From assembly GCF_963921235.1 (NCBI RefSeq), contig NC_086097.1:178128001-178192000 (forward strand): a stretch of DNA of 64,000 nucleotides, written 5' to 3'. A model generated the notes under the pieces. The model was not told where the DNA came from, did no database searches, and saw nothing but the letters and a program-made list of their open reading frames with translations. Source of the DNA: Mobula hypostoma. Lineage: Eukaryota. Position 1 is the stretch's first letter; each line of letters begins with the position of its first letter. This document shows positions 39,714-52,399 of this stretch, piece after piece. Position numbers and translations under genes: made by a program.

Positions 39714-39804
39714 CTGGCAGAAGACAGAGAAGGAAACACAAAATATTAAAATAGTCATTAACAACAGCAGTTGACACTGCATCACTAAGATCTTCAATCC
39801 CTAC

Positions 39805-39959
39805 CTGCATATTAGAAATTCGGACAGTATGTGTACTGTTGGATGCAGCAGTTGTGGTGTTGCCCTGTGCTTGTACTCGAGCTTTGGCCTGTGCCTGAGC
39901 AAAGGCCTTCTGTGGAACCAGCACCAGCTGTCCACTATCGCTCCGGACAAGGACCATAC
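39805..39959 (-). CDS. TAF4B: TAF4B exon 2 (GMVLVRSDSGQLVLVPQKAFAQAQ...RISNMQ)
   Basis: ttgcag| acceptor and CAG|gtaggg donor, 155 nt, phase 1 to 0. MVLVRS.SGQL is a conserved TAF4-family motif. Confidence 0.92.
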
Positions 39960-41265
39960 CTGCAATGACAGACACAGGTTCCATAGTAACACCTTAAAGA
40001 CATAAAAGCAGAATTAGCCCACCAAGTCTGCTCTGCCATTCAATTATAGAGGAATTATTTTCCCTCTAAATATCATTCTTCTACTTCCTCCCTGCAATCA
40101 TTCACACCCTTAACAATTAAGAACGCATCAACCTCACTTTGATGTACCCAATGATTTGGCCTTCACAGCCATACTGGCAATAAATTCCACAGTTTCACCA
40201 CCTTCTGGCTAAAGAAATTCCTCCTCGTCTCAGTGTGAAATGCCACTCCGGTGCTGCCTGTCCAAAAGTCAGCTTCAAGCACGCAAATAATTAATCACAA
40301 GTTTTAAGATATTGTGTGACATTGTATACCATCCAAACAAAACACACATTTAACAGGAGCAATTAAAGAAGGTTATCTGAGAGTTACAATTAAAACTGGA
40401 GAATTCCTCTCATCCAATTGTGAATGAAAGTAATGAATCCCCTGCACTTTCTACAGGGGCAGTTACTGCTTCAATTGGGATTAGGTTGATCTCCCAATAG
40501 ATAGATAGATAGATAAATATACTTTATTGATCCCGAGGGAAATTGGGAAAATGAAACCATTCACTGTCTATGCGGCATGGAGCTGGAGCTCAATGCAATA
40601 GATCCCCCACCCTCTAAGATAACTAAGATCTCCTTAATACCGTGGATTGCTTCATCTTTAGCTCACTAAAAGGACACAAATTAAGCATACAATGCACTAG
40701 CAGCAAGCTGTTGTATCATCCAATGTATGATACTATCACATTCACTTCTATCTGCCCTATCATAGGAAGGATGTCGAAGTTTTGAAGAAGGTACAGAGAA
40801 GGTTTACCAGGATGCTACTTGGACAGAAGCTAAAAGAAGTCGGGAAAACTCGATTATTTTCTCTGGAATAATGGAGACCAAGGAAAGTTAAGATAGAGGT
40901 TCATAAGGTTATGAGAAGCATAGAGCAGGCAGCCACTATCATTTTCCCAGGGTAGTAATGTCTTATACCAGAAGGCATGAGCAGGGATGAATTCAAAGGA
41001 GATACACAGAACAATACTTTTTTATACACAGGTACTTGTCTGGAATGCATGCTGGGTTGATGGTAAAAGCAAATAGGATAGGTGCATTCAAGAAGTTCTC
41101 AGATAGACAGGCTAGTGTGCAAGAAATGGGAGAATATGGACATTATGTAGAAACATAGAAAACCGACAGCACAATACAGGTCCTTCAGCCCACAAAACTG
41201 TGCCAAACATGTCCCTACTTTAGAAATTACCTAGGGTTACCCATAGCCCTCTATTTTTCTAAGCT

Positions 41266-42226
41266 TTTGTTGTTTTACAACATTGAAACACGGTAGATTT
41301 AATTTGGCCTTTTTTGACACTGATCAACAGAAAAAGACTCTTGCATGTCAAAGTGAAAACAGATCTCTACAAAGTGATCTAAATTAATTACAAGTATAAA
41401 ACACAAAATAATTGATTGCATAAGTATTCACCCCCTTTAATATGACACCAAATCATCACTGGTGCAGCCAGATGGTTTTAGAAGTCACATAATTAGTTAA
41501 ATGGAGATCTGTTTTTGAAGACATGTGTGCAGTCAAGATGTTTCAATTGATTGTACTAGAAATACACCTGTATCAGGAAGGTCCAACTGCTGGTGAGTCA
41601 GTATCCTGGCAAAAACTACACCACAAAGACAAAAAAGATCATTCCAAGTAACTCCACGAAAAGGTTATTGAAAAGCACAAGTCAGGAGGTGGACACAAGA
41701 AAATTTCTAAGTCACTGAACGTCCCTTGGAGTACAGTTAAATCAATGATCAAGAAATGGTAAGAATATGGCACAGATGTAAATCTACCTAGAGTATGCCA
41801 TCCTCAAAAACTGAGTGACCGTGCAGAAGGGGACTAGGGAGGGAAGCCACCAAGAGACTTTGACAACTCTGGAGGAGTTACAAGTTTCAGTGGCTGAGAT
41901 GGGAGAGGCCGTGCATAGAACTATTGCCCAGGTGCTTCACCAGTCACAGCTTTATGGAAGAGTGGCAAAGGGAAAACCACTGTTGAAAAAAAATCACATG
42001 AAATTTTGGCTAGAGTTTGCCAGAAGGTGTGTAGGAGACTCTGAACTTAGTCCGGTGAAACTAAGATTTGAGCTTTTTAGTCGTCAGACTAAACGCTATG
42101 ATTGGCGTAAGCCAAACACCACACATCATTAAAATGCCACCATCTCTACCGTGAAGCATGGTGGTGGCTGCATCATGCTGTGGGGATGCTTCACTGCAAC
42201 AGGCCCTGGAAGGCTTGTGAAGGTAA
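41266..42226 (+). mobile_element. Tc1 fragment (partial left TIR plus N-terminal transposase to [11 protein letters not shown])
   Basis: gcataagtattcacccc direct repeat and peptides LYGRVAK.KPLL and [14 protein letters not shown]. Truncated at both ends. Confidence 0.85.
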
Positions 42227-42999
42227 ATTATGTAGGCAGCAGGGATTAGTTTAGTTGGGCATTTTAATTTTAATTAGTTGGGACAACATTGTGGGTTGAA
42301 GGGCCTGTTCCTGTGAAGTCATGTTTCATGTTCTGCGTAACATTCCAAAAATGAAAGCAGAGCGAACAACCTAATCAATAAATGCCACTAATAGATGACC
42401 ATTTTCAGCTTCTGGTAAATGTGCTATTCATGAGAACAAGGAAACCAAAAGTCCATCTTATCATACAAGTGATCTGTTCAATAGTCTGATAACATTGTGA
42501 AGGAAGGAGGAATTAGTTAGTAAATCAATAGCTAATTTAATTAGTTAATAACATCATGGACTGAAAGGCCTGTTCCTGCGCTGTAGCGTTTTAAAACTCT
42601 GTAAACTATACCAGGTACTGCCTTGGGTTAGAAAGGTTCTTGGGTGGGGGTGAGGGAGCACAGAAGTCTTACAGGATAGGTTGATTGGAGCACAGAACAC
42701 AAGAGTGCTTCTGGAGAGTTTGTGTAATGAGGATTTATTGGATCTACCGGGTTTCTTCTGCTTGGAATGTATGAAGATCCCCTAGCAGCTCTGTTCACTG
42801 CAAGGAAAATTATAACCTCAATTATCAGCAACAAGATTCGGGCAAACATCGGAAGCAAGCAACAGGAGATTTGGGGAAGACTTAATTTCAACTAGAGGGC
42901 ATTTGAAGCCCGGAACACGTCTGATTGCGTGGATTAGGTAGAGGCGCTCAAATTTAAATAATATTTAGGAGAGCGCATGAAAGGTGAAGGCCGTGTGCT

Positions 43000-43960
43000 A
43001 GGAGTTCAGTAACCGGGGAAGGAGAGGATGGAAGGTTTGGTTTTCGTGCTGTTTTGTCTCTAGAAGACGCCAAGCCGCCCACCACTCGTCTCCCTCCCCA
43101 TCCAGCGTCCACGTGCGACCGACACACACACACATACCCCTCCCCGGAGCCGCCCCCTCCTTACCCGTTGGCACTTGGATGTTTTGCAAGAGGGGCAGCG
43201 ACGTCTGGGCGAGCCGGTGGGGTCTCAGTTGCAGAGAGGAGGCACTCATATTCGGGATGGTGGCGGAGGCGACAGAAGGCGGCGGGTTGGTAGCGACAAT
43301 TGTAGTAGAAGCAGCAGGGAACTGAAGGCCGCTTCGGGGCTGTGCTCCCGCGCCCGGGTTCGACCGTAGGACAAGACTGGGAGCGAGAACGGTGATGGGA
43401 GGGGTGTCGGAGGCGCCAGGCGCGCTGCTTATGCTGCCTTGTGAGCAGGAGACTAATCCCACGGCCCCGCCGTTCACGAGCGCTGATTGCTGCCCGAAGG
43501 TTGCAGGGGCGGCGGGCGAGGACGGAGGCTGTGGAGCCGGGCTAGGAGAGTCGGGAGCGGGCATGGCTGTGGTGGCGTCGGCACCCCGCACCCGGCCTTG
43601 ACAGTGGTCTCAGACCATCGGCTTCCGAGCCATGCCGTGGAATCTGCACCCCTTATGTCACTGGGGCGGGGCCTACTTCTCTGTCCATAGCCTCGGTCTC
43701 TGGTAGTAAACTTCTCGAAATCAGTGCACGGGTTTGGCCTACCGGCGCCCCATCTTCATAATGACGCACGGTTCCTGAGCACGCATGCGCTGCCGTCTCG
43801 GCCGACCGGTCACAGATCTAAGGCGCACGCGTGCATGCACACGGGGCGGTCTATGAATTAGCTGCGAACGCGCATGCGCGGCTAAATCCGCCTCATGTGG
43901 GACTGATGCGCACGCACTTCGCGTCCTCGCGAGGAGGATTTTACGCGCATGCGTTTCTCT
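43000..43960 (-). promoter_or_regulatory. TAF4B CpG island/promoter with clustered NRF1-type motifs and a GC box
   Basis: Only CpG-rich non-transposon segment. GCGCATGCG-type motifs at 43781-90, 43869-80 (perfect palindrome cgcgcatgcgcg), 43907-16 and 43943-54. GC box ggggcggggc at 43663-72. Palindrome tcctcgcgagga at 43924-35. Confidence 0.8.
43165..43564 (-). CDS. TAF4B: TAF4B coding exon 1 (Pro/Ala/Ser-rich N-terminus, MPAPDSPSPA...LQNIQVPT)
   Basis: First in-frame ATG after an in-frame TGA (43610-12), context acagccATG. Ends ACGG|gtaagg, 400 nt, phase 1. The MPA start and the NIQVPTG-MVLVRS junction resemble TAF4/TAF4B (human TAF4B NLQLPPG-TVLIKS, from recall). Lies in a CpG island. Confidence 0.85.
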
Positions 43961-43982
43961 TTTTCAATGTTGTAATCCGATC

Positions 43983-44202
43983 ACAAACGAGAAAATCTGG
44001 AAACGCAAACCCGAGGAATTCTGCAGATGCTGGAAATAAGCGACACACATCAAAGTTGCTGGTGAACCCAGCAGACCAGGCAGCAACTTTGATGCGTGTT
44101 GCGAAAATCTGGAAATCTGAGCAATACACTGACTCAAAATGCTGGAGGAACTCAGCAAGCCGGGTAGCATGTATGGAAAAATGTACAGCCGACATTCCGG
44201 GC
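43983..44202 (-). mobile_element. Nested Penelope pLTR ends directly upstream of the TAF4B CpG island
   Basis: A 99-bp fold-back insert (44004-44102) with 13-bp TSD gaaaatctggaaa (43991-44003 and 44103-15) sits inside an older pLTR end. Confidence 0.7.
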
Positions 44203-44479
44203 CGGTGTTGTAATGTTCCTTTCAACTGGGGAATAATGCAGGGGGGAAGAGTCGGGAAATGTTTGGAGCAAAGTTACAAAGGTTTTCCCAATAATCTGCA
44301 CTAAATAGCACTTTCAAAGAGATATGTTCCCCACAAACCCCAATAATTTCGGCCATCTGTCGGCGCCATTATTTTTGTATTAAAATCAGATTATCACTCG
44401 ACGTTGTGATTTTTTTGTTGAAATACAAGACATAAATACTTTTAGATACAGTAATAAGTGAATGTACGAAAGAATGAAT

Positions 44480-47400
44480 GACTAAGTAAAAATGCAAAAA
44501 GGAAAAGCGAGGTAGCGTTTATGGATCTTTTACAAATTTGATGGCAGAGCTGAACACGCTGTTCCTAAAAAGTTGAAGTGTGGAGGCTGCTGTAAATCCT
44601 CACAAATGGTAATGATGAGAAGAGGGCATGTTCCGAGTGGTGGGTGGTTCTTTCATCGGAAATGAGAAAAGATAAGAGTTTTAAGGTTTCCAGAAAACGG
44701 GAATAGAGAGACGAACTTATAGATGCCGTTTGAGCTATACCTAGCCACACAGTCGTCGGTGTAGAGAGAGTAGAGCAGTGGGCTAAGCTTGCGTCCCTGA
44801 AGTGCGCCTATGTCAGCGAGATGTTATTTCCGGTCTGATTACTGGTTTCCTTCTGTGGAAGTCAAGAATCCAGTTGCATAGGGACGTACCCAGTTGCCCA
44901 GGTTTTGGAACTTGTTGGTTAAACTGAGGTATGGTTGTATTGAACAGGGAGCTGTAATGAATAAACAGCAGCCTGATATAGGTATTGCTATTGTCCAGGT
45001 GATCCAAGGGGAGCAAGTGTGATTGATCTGCTGTGGATCTACTGTGGCGATAGGGAAAGTGCAGCGGGTCCAGGTTATTGCTCAGACGGGAATTGGTTCC
45101 AACCATGACCAACCTCTCCCAAAGCACTTCATCAGAGTAGTTGTTGAGGCAGCTCACCCTGCTCTTCTTGGACACTGGTATTATGGTTGTCCTTTTGAAG
45201 CAGGTGGGAAGCTTGAACTGCAGTAAGAGATTGAGGATGCTCTTGAACTCTCCTGCCAGTTGTTTGGCAGATTTTCAGAGCTCCATCAGGTACACCATCA
45301 AAACACGATGCCTTGCCAGAGTTCACCCTCTTGCAAGATGCTCTGAAACAGATCAGAGTCAGCAGATACTGTAAGGATTTGCACATATGTAGTTTTATTC
45401 TCCCTTTCAAAGCATGCATAAAAGGCATTGAGTTCATCTGGGAGTGAAGCATCACAGCCGCTTATATTAGGTTTTGCTTTGTAGGAAGTGATGGCCTGCA
45501 AACCCTGCCAGAGCTGATGTGCATCAGATTCAGCCTCTAACCTGAACTGGAATTTTTTTTGCCCTTAAGATAACCTTCAGTCATACCTGGACTTCTTGTA
45601 TATTTCTGTATCACTGGTCTTGAATCCCATAGATCCAGCACTGAGCAGACATTTAAGATTTAAGATTTTAAATGGTTTAAGATGGTGCTACTGAAGGCAG
45701 ACAAGAGTTTACTAGCAGTTTGTAAAGCAAGAAATAGAGGTGCGAGGTGAAATCAGAGTGAAGTCGAGGTATGTTGGAGGCGAAGTGGTCAGAATGAGTT
45801 CCAGACATGGTCGAGATGGAGTTGGGGCATGCCAAGTGGAGGAACATCGGAGTGAAGGAGATATTGAGACCGATGTTGGATCGACCCAAGTGCCGAGCCG
45901 ACTTGTAAAGGTCGTGTACAGGTCCAAAGCGACAGGGCCCCGGTCCTAGTGCAGGGAATGACCCAGAGTTTGAACAATTTAAACGCCTGCCCAGATGGAT
46001 TGAAAAGACAAGGTGTCAGGACCAGAGGCAAGGGTTGGGCCAGTTCTGCTTGCTGCTTTGCAACGTTTGCTCTTTGCTGCACCGAAACAGAGGCTGTGGC
46101 CTGCTGCGGGCTTTGTTTCTGTGGACTTGCTTTCATTCTGAATTCTGTTGCTTGCATTTACTGTTTGCATGATGTGTTTTTTTTTCCTCTGTGGATTGGG
46201 TGTTGGTCATTTTTTCCTACTGGGTTCTTTCAGGTTTTTTGTTTTGTGGCTGCCTGTAAGCAGGAGAATCTCAAGATTGTATAATTTGATACTAAATGTA
46301 TTTTGAAGTTTGAATCTCAGTTTTTAGTTTATGTACAGCATGGCCGGCATGTTTTCGAAGACACACAGGTCTCCATGAAGTCAGTGACAACTTGTGGCGT
46401 ATTCATTCAGATTTCAAGACGAATTCCTGCATATTGTCCAGTTAACTGACTCAAAACAGTCTTGTAGGCACTTCTCCACCTCCCTTGACCATTCCTTCTT
46501 GGTCCTCACAATGCTGTGGTCTTTAATTATATATGCTGGGTATTAGAGTGAGTTTTTTCTGGGTAGATGATCTGTTTACACTAATGACTTTGGCCACCAG
46601 ACCTCTATTTTAACTCTTTGACAAAGGACTGTGGATTGAGTCCACAACAATGGGCTTCCTAAAAGGTGTGAATACCAGATGCTTCTGGCACCATAATTGT
46701 CCTAATGCTGTAGTTTCGAAGACAGTATTATCTATACATTATAAATATTAATTGTCTTCTATGTTAGCACATAAAATGCAAAGTAAATCCTAAAGACTGT
46801 GGATACCAACCCAGACACGTTGGCGTCGGAAGGAAAGGATGGTGTGATATTTTGTATGTAGCTTCAAAAGGATGCATAGTCTATGCATTGTCTGTAACTT
46901 TTTAAGTAGTGATTGCCTTTGTGTTTAGCATATAAATATTGAGCCCACATTGAGCTAGCAGACCTTTCTGCAGAAAGCGTCTCAGTACGTAGATGCCTGC
47001 TGTACCTTGTTGTGTCGAATAAAGAAGCTGCTTTGTATCTACCAGTGACTCTGTCTCTCCAATGATTTCATCCACGCTACAACACTGGGAGTAGAAGTAC
47101 AGCCAAGTGATCAGGCTTTCCAAAGTGGGTTGGCACAGTAAGCGTTCTTGGTGGTGGTATAACAGTGGTCAAGTGTGTTGGCTCCTCAGATGATATCTTG
47201 TTGGTAGTTGTTCAGAGACTTCAGGCTGGCCTGGCTGAAACCCCCAATGATAGGGAAGGCATCAGGGTGCACTGTTTTGTGCCTGTTGATTACAGTGCTC
47301 CACCTCCTCTGCCTTTAAAAGACTGAGCTGTACTGTCTTTGCGGAGAATGGTGAACCTATCGGACTGCAGTGCTGTGTCCAAAATGGAGGGAGGGGTTCA

Positions 47401-47720
47401 GCATGTTTCTGTGAAGCTAAGTACACAGCAGTCCCTGATAACCCTCTGGTACAGCAATCTTGCTAAGTCTTTTTATTTTCCAGAGACTACTTTCACCAGC
47501 AGGATAGTCGGGAGTAAAGGTGGGTTCTAAGGCCCCAGCGTTTCAATCGTACCCATAAACAGGTGCACTTTCCCCGCTTCCATTTTCTTAAAGGTAAACT
47601 GCACTCATGACCTGAGTTTGCAGTCTGGGATCCATCGATGTTAAGTATAGATTTTTTTTTAATGTCTTAAATGGTGCTGCTTACTGGAGTACTCATGGCT
47701 GTGACTGTACATTTCAGCTG
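44480..47720 (-). mobile_element. Fragmented Rex1-type LINE(s), interrupted by a repeat at about 45660-46320
   Basis: RT peptides LDPLHFPY.HSRST and SLCNWILDF; DASLPDELNAFYA.FE linker. Confidence 0.65.
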
Positions 47721-50700
47721 TAATCCTAAATGGGAATATTTGATGATTCCCATTGGATTTTGGCAAGTTGGTAGGAAATAATGTAGCAGTACAACAGAGG
47801 ATTAAAATGTTAAAGAATCAGTCAAAACCACTGGGCAGAGCACAGCAGACCAAGACAGATTAGGGTACATGTGGGGGCTGGCAGGATCAAGTCAAGTTTA
47901 TTGTCATATACACATGTATGCACAGGTGCAATGATAGGCTTACTTAAAGCATCACAGGTACACAGCATCAGATACACAACATTCACACAAAATATGTGAA
48001 TTATGCATAAACACTTTTTTTTAAAAGAGCAGCTGAAAAAGATACCCAGTTTAATGCAAAGTGGTCAGTGCTGCTTAACTGCAGTGACTAACGCGGTGCC
48101 AGTTGGTTTAAGAAGCAACTGGCTGAAGGGAAGTAGTTATTCTTAGACCTAGTGGTGTGGGACTTCAGGCTTCTCTACTGTATCTCCTGCCTGATAAGGA
48201 AGGTGGCACGACCCAGATCTTTTGATGGTGGATGGTGGATGTTGACTGTTTTTCTGAAAAGTCATTAGTTCCGGTGCTCAGTCTCTGGCAATCATCAGTT
48301 CCTTCTGTACTACTTCAGTTTGTATGGCTAGATTTGGAACTGTTTTATTGCTGTATTTATTATTAGTATTTCTTACTCTGAGTTTCACACAAACAAGGAA
48401 CTTCATGTGCACTGGTATATATGACACCAAACTGATCTGATCTCAGACACCCATGCAGCTAAGTGTTGCTTCAAAGGGAAGTGCAATATCTGGACCGAGC
48501 CCATGGAGGATGGTGTGTTAGTTTAAGGAGAATAGCGCATCCCTCTGCCCATATACAGTTAGGTTAGAAGAAACTGTAGGTAAGAAGGGGCTAGATTTCT
48601 GCTTAGTCCAACTCCTCTTTGGAAGTGGCTCATTTTGGAAGCAGTCTGACTGCTTGATTTTAACTGTCATGTGGCTGTTGCGTTTTACTATTTATTATTA
48701 TGTTTATTATTTAGTGTTGCGTTTGTTATGTTGTGATTGCACTGCTCCTGGGAAACGCTGTCTCATTCTGCCCTGCAGAGCGGAAGTACGGTTAGAATGA
48801 CAATAAAGTTTTTTGAATCCAGTGTGACCCTCAATCAAGGCTGTTTTTGGCTGCTGTAATACTGCCCGCTTTGAGCACACTGCAGACTTGAAACTTCATT
48901 CCAATTGTGCACACACCTTCCACTGACAGCTTTATGCTCACATGCATATATTAACAACTTCAAGAAAGAAATTCCTCCCCCCCCCCCCAAAAAATAAGTG
49001 CTCGAGCCAAGAATCACACCTCACAATGACACCTTGCCTTCGGGAACTGAAGAGTTCCCTTCAAAGTTAGCAGTCATTCAGAACATGCAGTAGATTTCAC
49101 ATTGCCTATTCATCCATCACTTATCAAACTGCACAAATGACTTTAAAGAACACAAAGAGAAATTTCAAAATCTGCCCCAGAGTTTATTTGGTGTTCTCAA
49201 GTAGAATTCTTTTTTTTCCAAACCAAGGCACAACTGTAACAATAACCTCAACTATGCAAAGGAAAAAGTCTAACTAAATTAACATCTCAGGAAAGATAAC
49301 TAAGAACACATGAAATCAAATAGCTTATTTGCAAGATACAAAATACTAAACACTTTTGTAAACAACTTTGTACTTTGTCTTGACATGCTTTAGTGTTGTC
49401 ATAGTGTTGTTCTACATGTCTTACAGTTAATGACAGTGCTTTGGGCAAGCACTGATTATCCTGCCATTGGAGTTTTTTTTTGTGCCATGTAAATGTTTTT
49501 CAAAACAGACTGCTGGTTGCCCATTTGTGCAGCACCTTTAAGTATTAACATCCAAAGCAGGTTCACAGAGGCATCTGTTTCCTCAAGGGGAACTATTTCC
49601 TTTTACCCATATTCTCCCTGATCTACAACAACTCAGTTAAGCAGTATCGTGAAATTTTTACTCCTCTTTTCCTCAAGACTCCCCCATGTTCTGGCAACCC
49701 ATCCCACTCTCAAATCTCCTCCATCTCTACAACCTCCTGAGATCTCTACACCAGCAGTCCAAATATAATTATTCTATCATAAGCGGTTGTGTCACAGCTT
49801 TAGACTTGTGTTTCTGAATTTTCCTATTCACTTTCATGCAACTTCTTAAAACCCATTTCAATCAAGCTTTAGTTCATCTTGCATAATATTCAAGGGGAAC
49901 AACATTAGTTTTGGTTTAATGATATTGTGAAACTCCTTGGGTTGTTTGGTATTTCTGACGGGGTTACATTGGTTGTTTCACATTGGACCATGTCAACACT
50001 TCCAGCAGGTTAATTTCTTGTCTCTCAACAAAAAAAAATCACAGTGGAGTAAGAGGTCAGACACAGAGTGAAGATGTCTCAAAGTTTTAGGGCTCATGGA
50101 GATCACAATTTTTATTTTGGTGAGTAAATGTGAAATTGGACATGGTGCATCTATTACGTCAACTCTTCACAATGTATTTAATGGCCAAGAAACTCCTTTA
50201 TTTCAAGGGGTTATTTCAAGGTTTCTTGTGAAACTCATTATCTAATGGATTATTGTGAATGTATTTAATGGGCCAGTTTCTCCTCCCTCAGTTTGAAATT
50301 GATTTGTGCCAGACTCACCTACGATTCACTCAAGGAAATATTTATTCTTGACAGGATACTTAACTGCAAAAGCACCGCTGCCCTTCTTCCTCATGTAAAG
50401 TTTTGTAGGGGGAGGAGCTCAGCATGGAACCTTGCTCTGCCTAACTCAGAGACAGAGCATCAAAATTCAATGTATCCACCACCTCCTCCCAATTCGAACC
50501 ATGAGCCATTCACATAAATGACCAGACAGTAACAACTCATTCCCCCACCTTTCATTTCTGTTCAAGACTTTTGATCCAGGGCTATTATTCATGCAAACTA
50601 GGGAAAACTGTACCCATACCATATCTTGGCATTGCTAATGAAAGCAAATATAATTAACATTAACTACGATAACCTGGTAATTATACAGTTAAACTATCTT

Positions 50701-51007
50701 GCCGTCCCTTTCAATTCCAACTTCACAACTGAGTAAATGTGGGTCCCAGTGTTGTTTAGATGAAGGAAGGTTCATCGCTGACCAGGTTCTTAAAGCACTT
50801 CTGTTAGTACCTTGGTGGCAGCTTCACTCATTGCTCCAGTCAGAAGCACACAAAGCACAAGGAAAGGAGGATCAGGGAAGTGGGAAAAACCCATCAGGAG
50901 GGAACATTCAGCCTTTTAATACTTTGTATCCCGCCATGGAGCTTTAAGTGGTTGTAAACTAATGTCTATTTGCAGCATCAATATTACTGTTTGCACACAT
51001 TCCACAA

Positions 51008-51100
51008 TTAGGTTTTCTTCTGTTTCTTTTTCTCAGCCTCCTCCTCTTTTTCCTTCTCAATTTCCGTGACAAGTGACTCGATTTCTTTCGCATCTAGGAG
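51008..51100 (-). CDS. PSMA8: PSMA8 last coding exon (LLDAKEIESLVTEIEKEKEEEAEKKKQKKT*)
   Basis: ttacag| acceptor and TAA stop at 51008-10. Characteristic EIEKEKEE..KKK C-terminal tail of PSMA7/8. Confidence 0.92.
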   Translation of the reverse strand, partial: LLDAKEIESLVTEIEKEKEEEAEKKKQKKT

Positions 51101-51494
51101 CTGTAATGGAGGAAAACTGATGTTTCAGTGGCAAATGGACAGAGCATCTTTTACTTTGCAACATTATATACAAGTTTCACTGTTTCCATAAGTACCAAAT
51201 CACATCTGTAAACCTCCACATCATTTTTCCCTCTAAGGTGCTGGCACTGCAGAAAAATTAGGAGACAGGTCCAGTAATACAGCATGGAACAGGCTCTTCT
51301 GCCCAACTTGTCCATGCTGACCATATGGTTCTCAACAACCTATGTTCCTGTTTGGCCCATATTCCTTAATCACTATCCACAAAATTATCCAAAATAGATT
51401 GCATCTACCTCAACCACTTCCTCTGGCAGCTTGTTCCATATGCACTACCTCTGCATAAGTAATTGCCCTTCAGGTCACTTTTACATTTCTCTGT

Positions 51495-52175
51495 ACATCT
51501 GAACAGACACTAAAATGTTAGTGTACAAAGCAGTGGTAATCCCAATGCTCCTGTATGCATCAGAAACCTGGACAACATACCGATGACATCTGAAGGCACT
51601 TGAAAAGTTCCATCAACACTGTCTTCGAAACATCTTAAATATCAGCTGGGAAGATAGAAGAACCAACATCAGCATGCTAAATGAAGCAAAAACAAGCATT
51701 GAAGCCTACGTCATCAAGAAACCAACTAAGATGGAGCGGTCATGTTGTTCGGATGAAAGACGAACGTCTGCCGAAACAAATCTTCTACTCCCAGCTTAAA
51801 GAAGGCAAACGTAAAAGAGGCGGACAACAGAAGAGATTCAAAGACGTCTTAAAAGCCAACATGAAGAAATGTAACATCGGCATCAACAATTGGGAAGCCA
51901 ATGCCAAGGACGGGAAACTCTGGCAAGCCATCATCCAAGAAGGAACAGCAACTTTCGAAGCCAACAGATGTGCAGAATTAGAAGAAAACAGAAGAAAATG
52001 GAAAGAGAGGCAGCAACAACCAAAGCCCGATCTGCCATCTGGAACTACCTGTCCTGAATGTGGAAAAACTTTCAAAGCCAAGATTGGACTCATAAGCCAC
52101 TTGAGAGCCCATAAGTAGATCAACAGAACGAAGACCATCATCCTCGACCTCCAGGGATAGCCACCACAACGATGA
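51495..52175 (+). mobile_element. RTE-clade LINE 3' end
   Basis: LLYASETW, QLRWSGHVVRM.DERLPKQIFY and C-terminal CPECGK...GLISH zinc finger. Confidence 0.88.
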
Positions 52176-52399
52176 CATCTCTCACCTTAAATCTTTGCCC
52201 TCTGGTTTTTAATTCTTCTCTGAGAAAGACTGCATTCACCTCTCTATAAGTCTCATGATTTCATACAGCCTCAGTCTCCTGTGTATCATGGAATAAAGTC
52301 CAAGCCTGTACAACCTCTCCCTGGCTTCATTAATTTCAAGTCAAGCATAAGAAAATAAATGATCAGAGATAACCTTCCACTGCAGATCTAAATTCCTTT

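Noticed and set aside
1339..43564. Calling the gene TAF4 instead of TAF4B
   Set aside because: The short MPA- N-terminus, PNSQ.FIQQC and the adjacent PSMA8-type exons favour TAF4B. A phylogeny is still needed.
42998..43591. 197-aa single-exon ORF starting at GTG 43591
   Set aside because: The likely start is ATG 43564, and the reading frame leaves at the gtaagg donor (43164). The C-terminal part is intron read-through.
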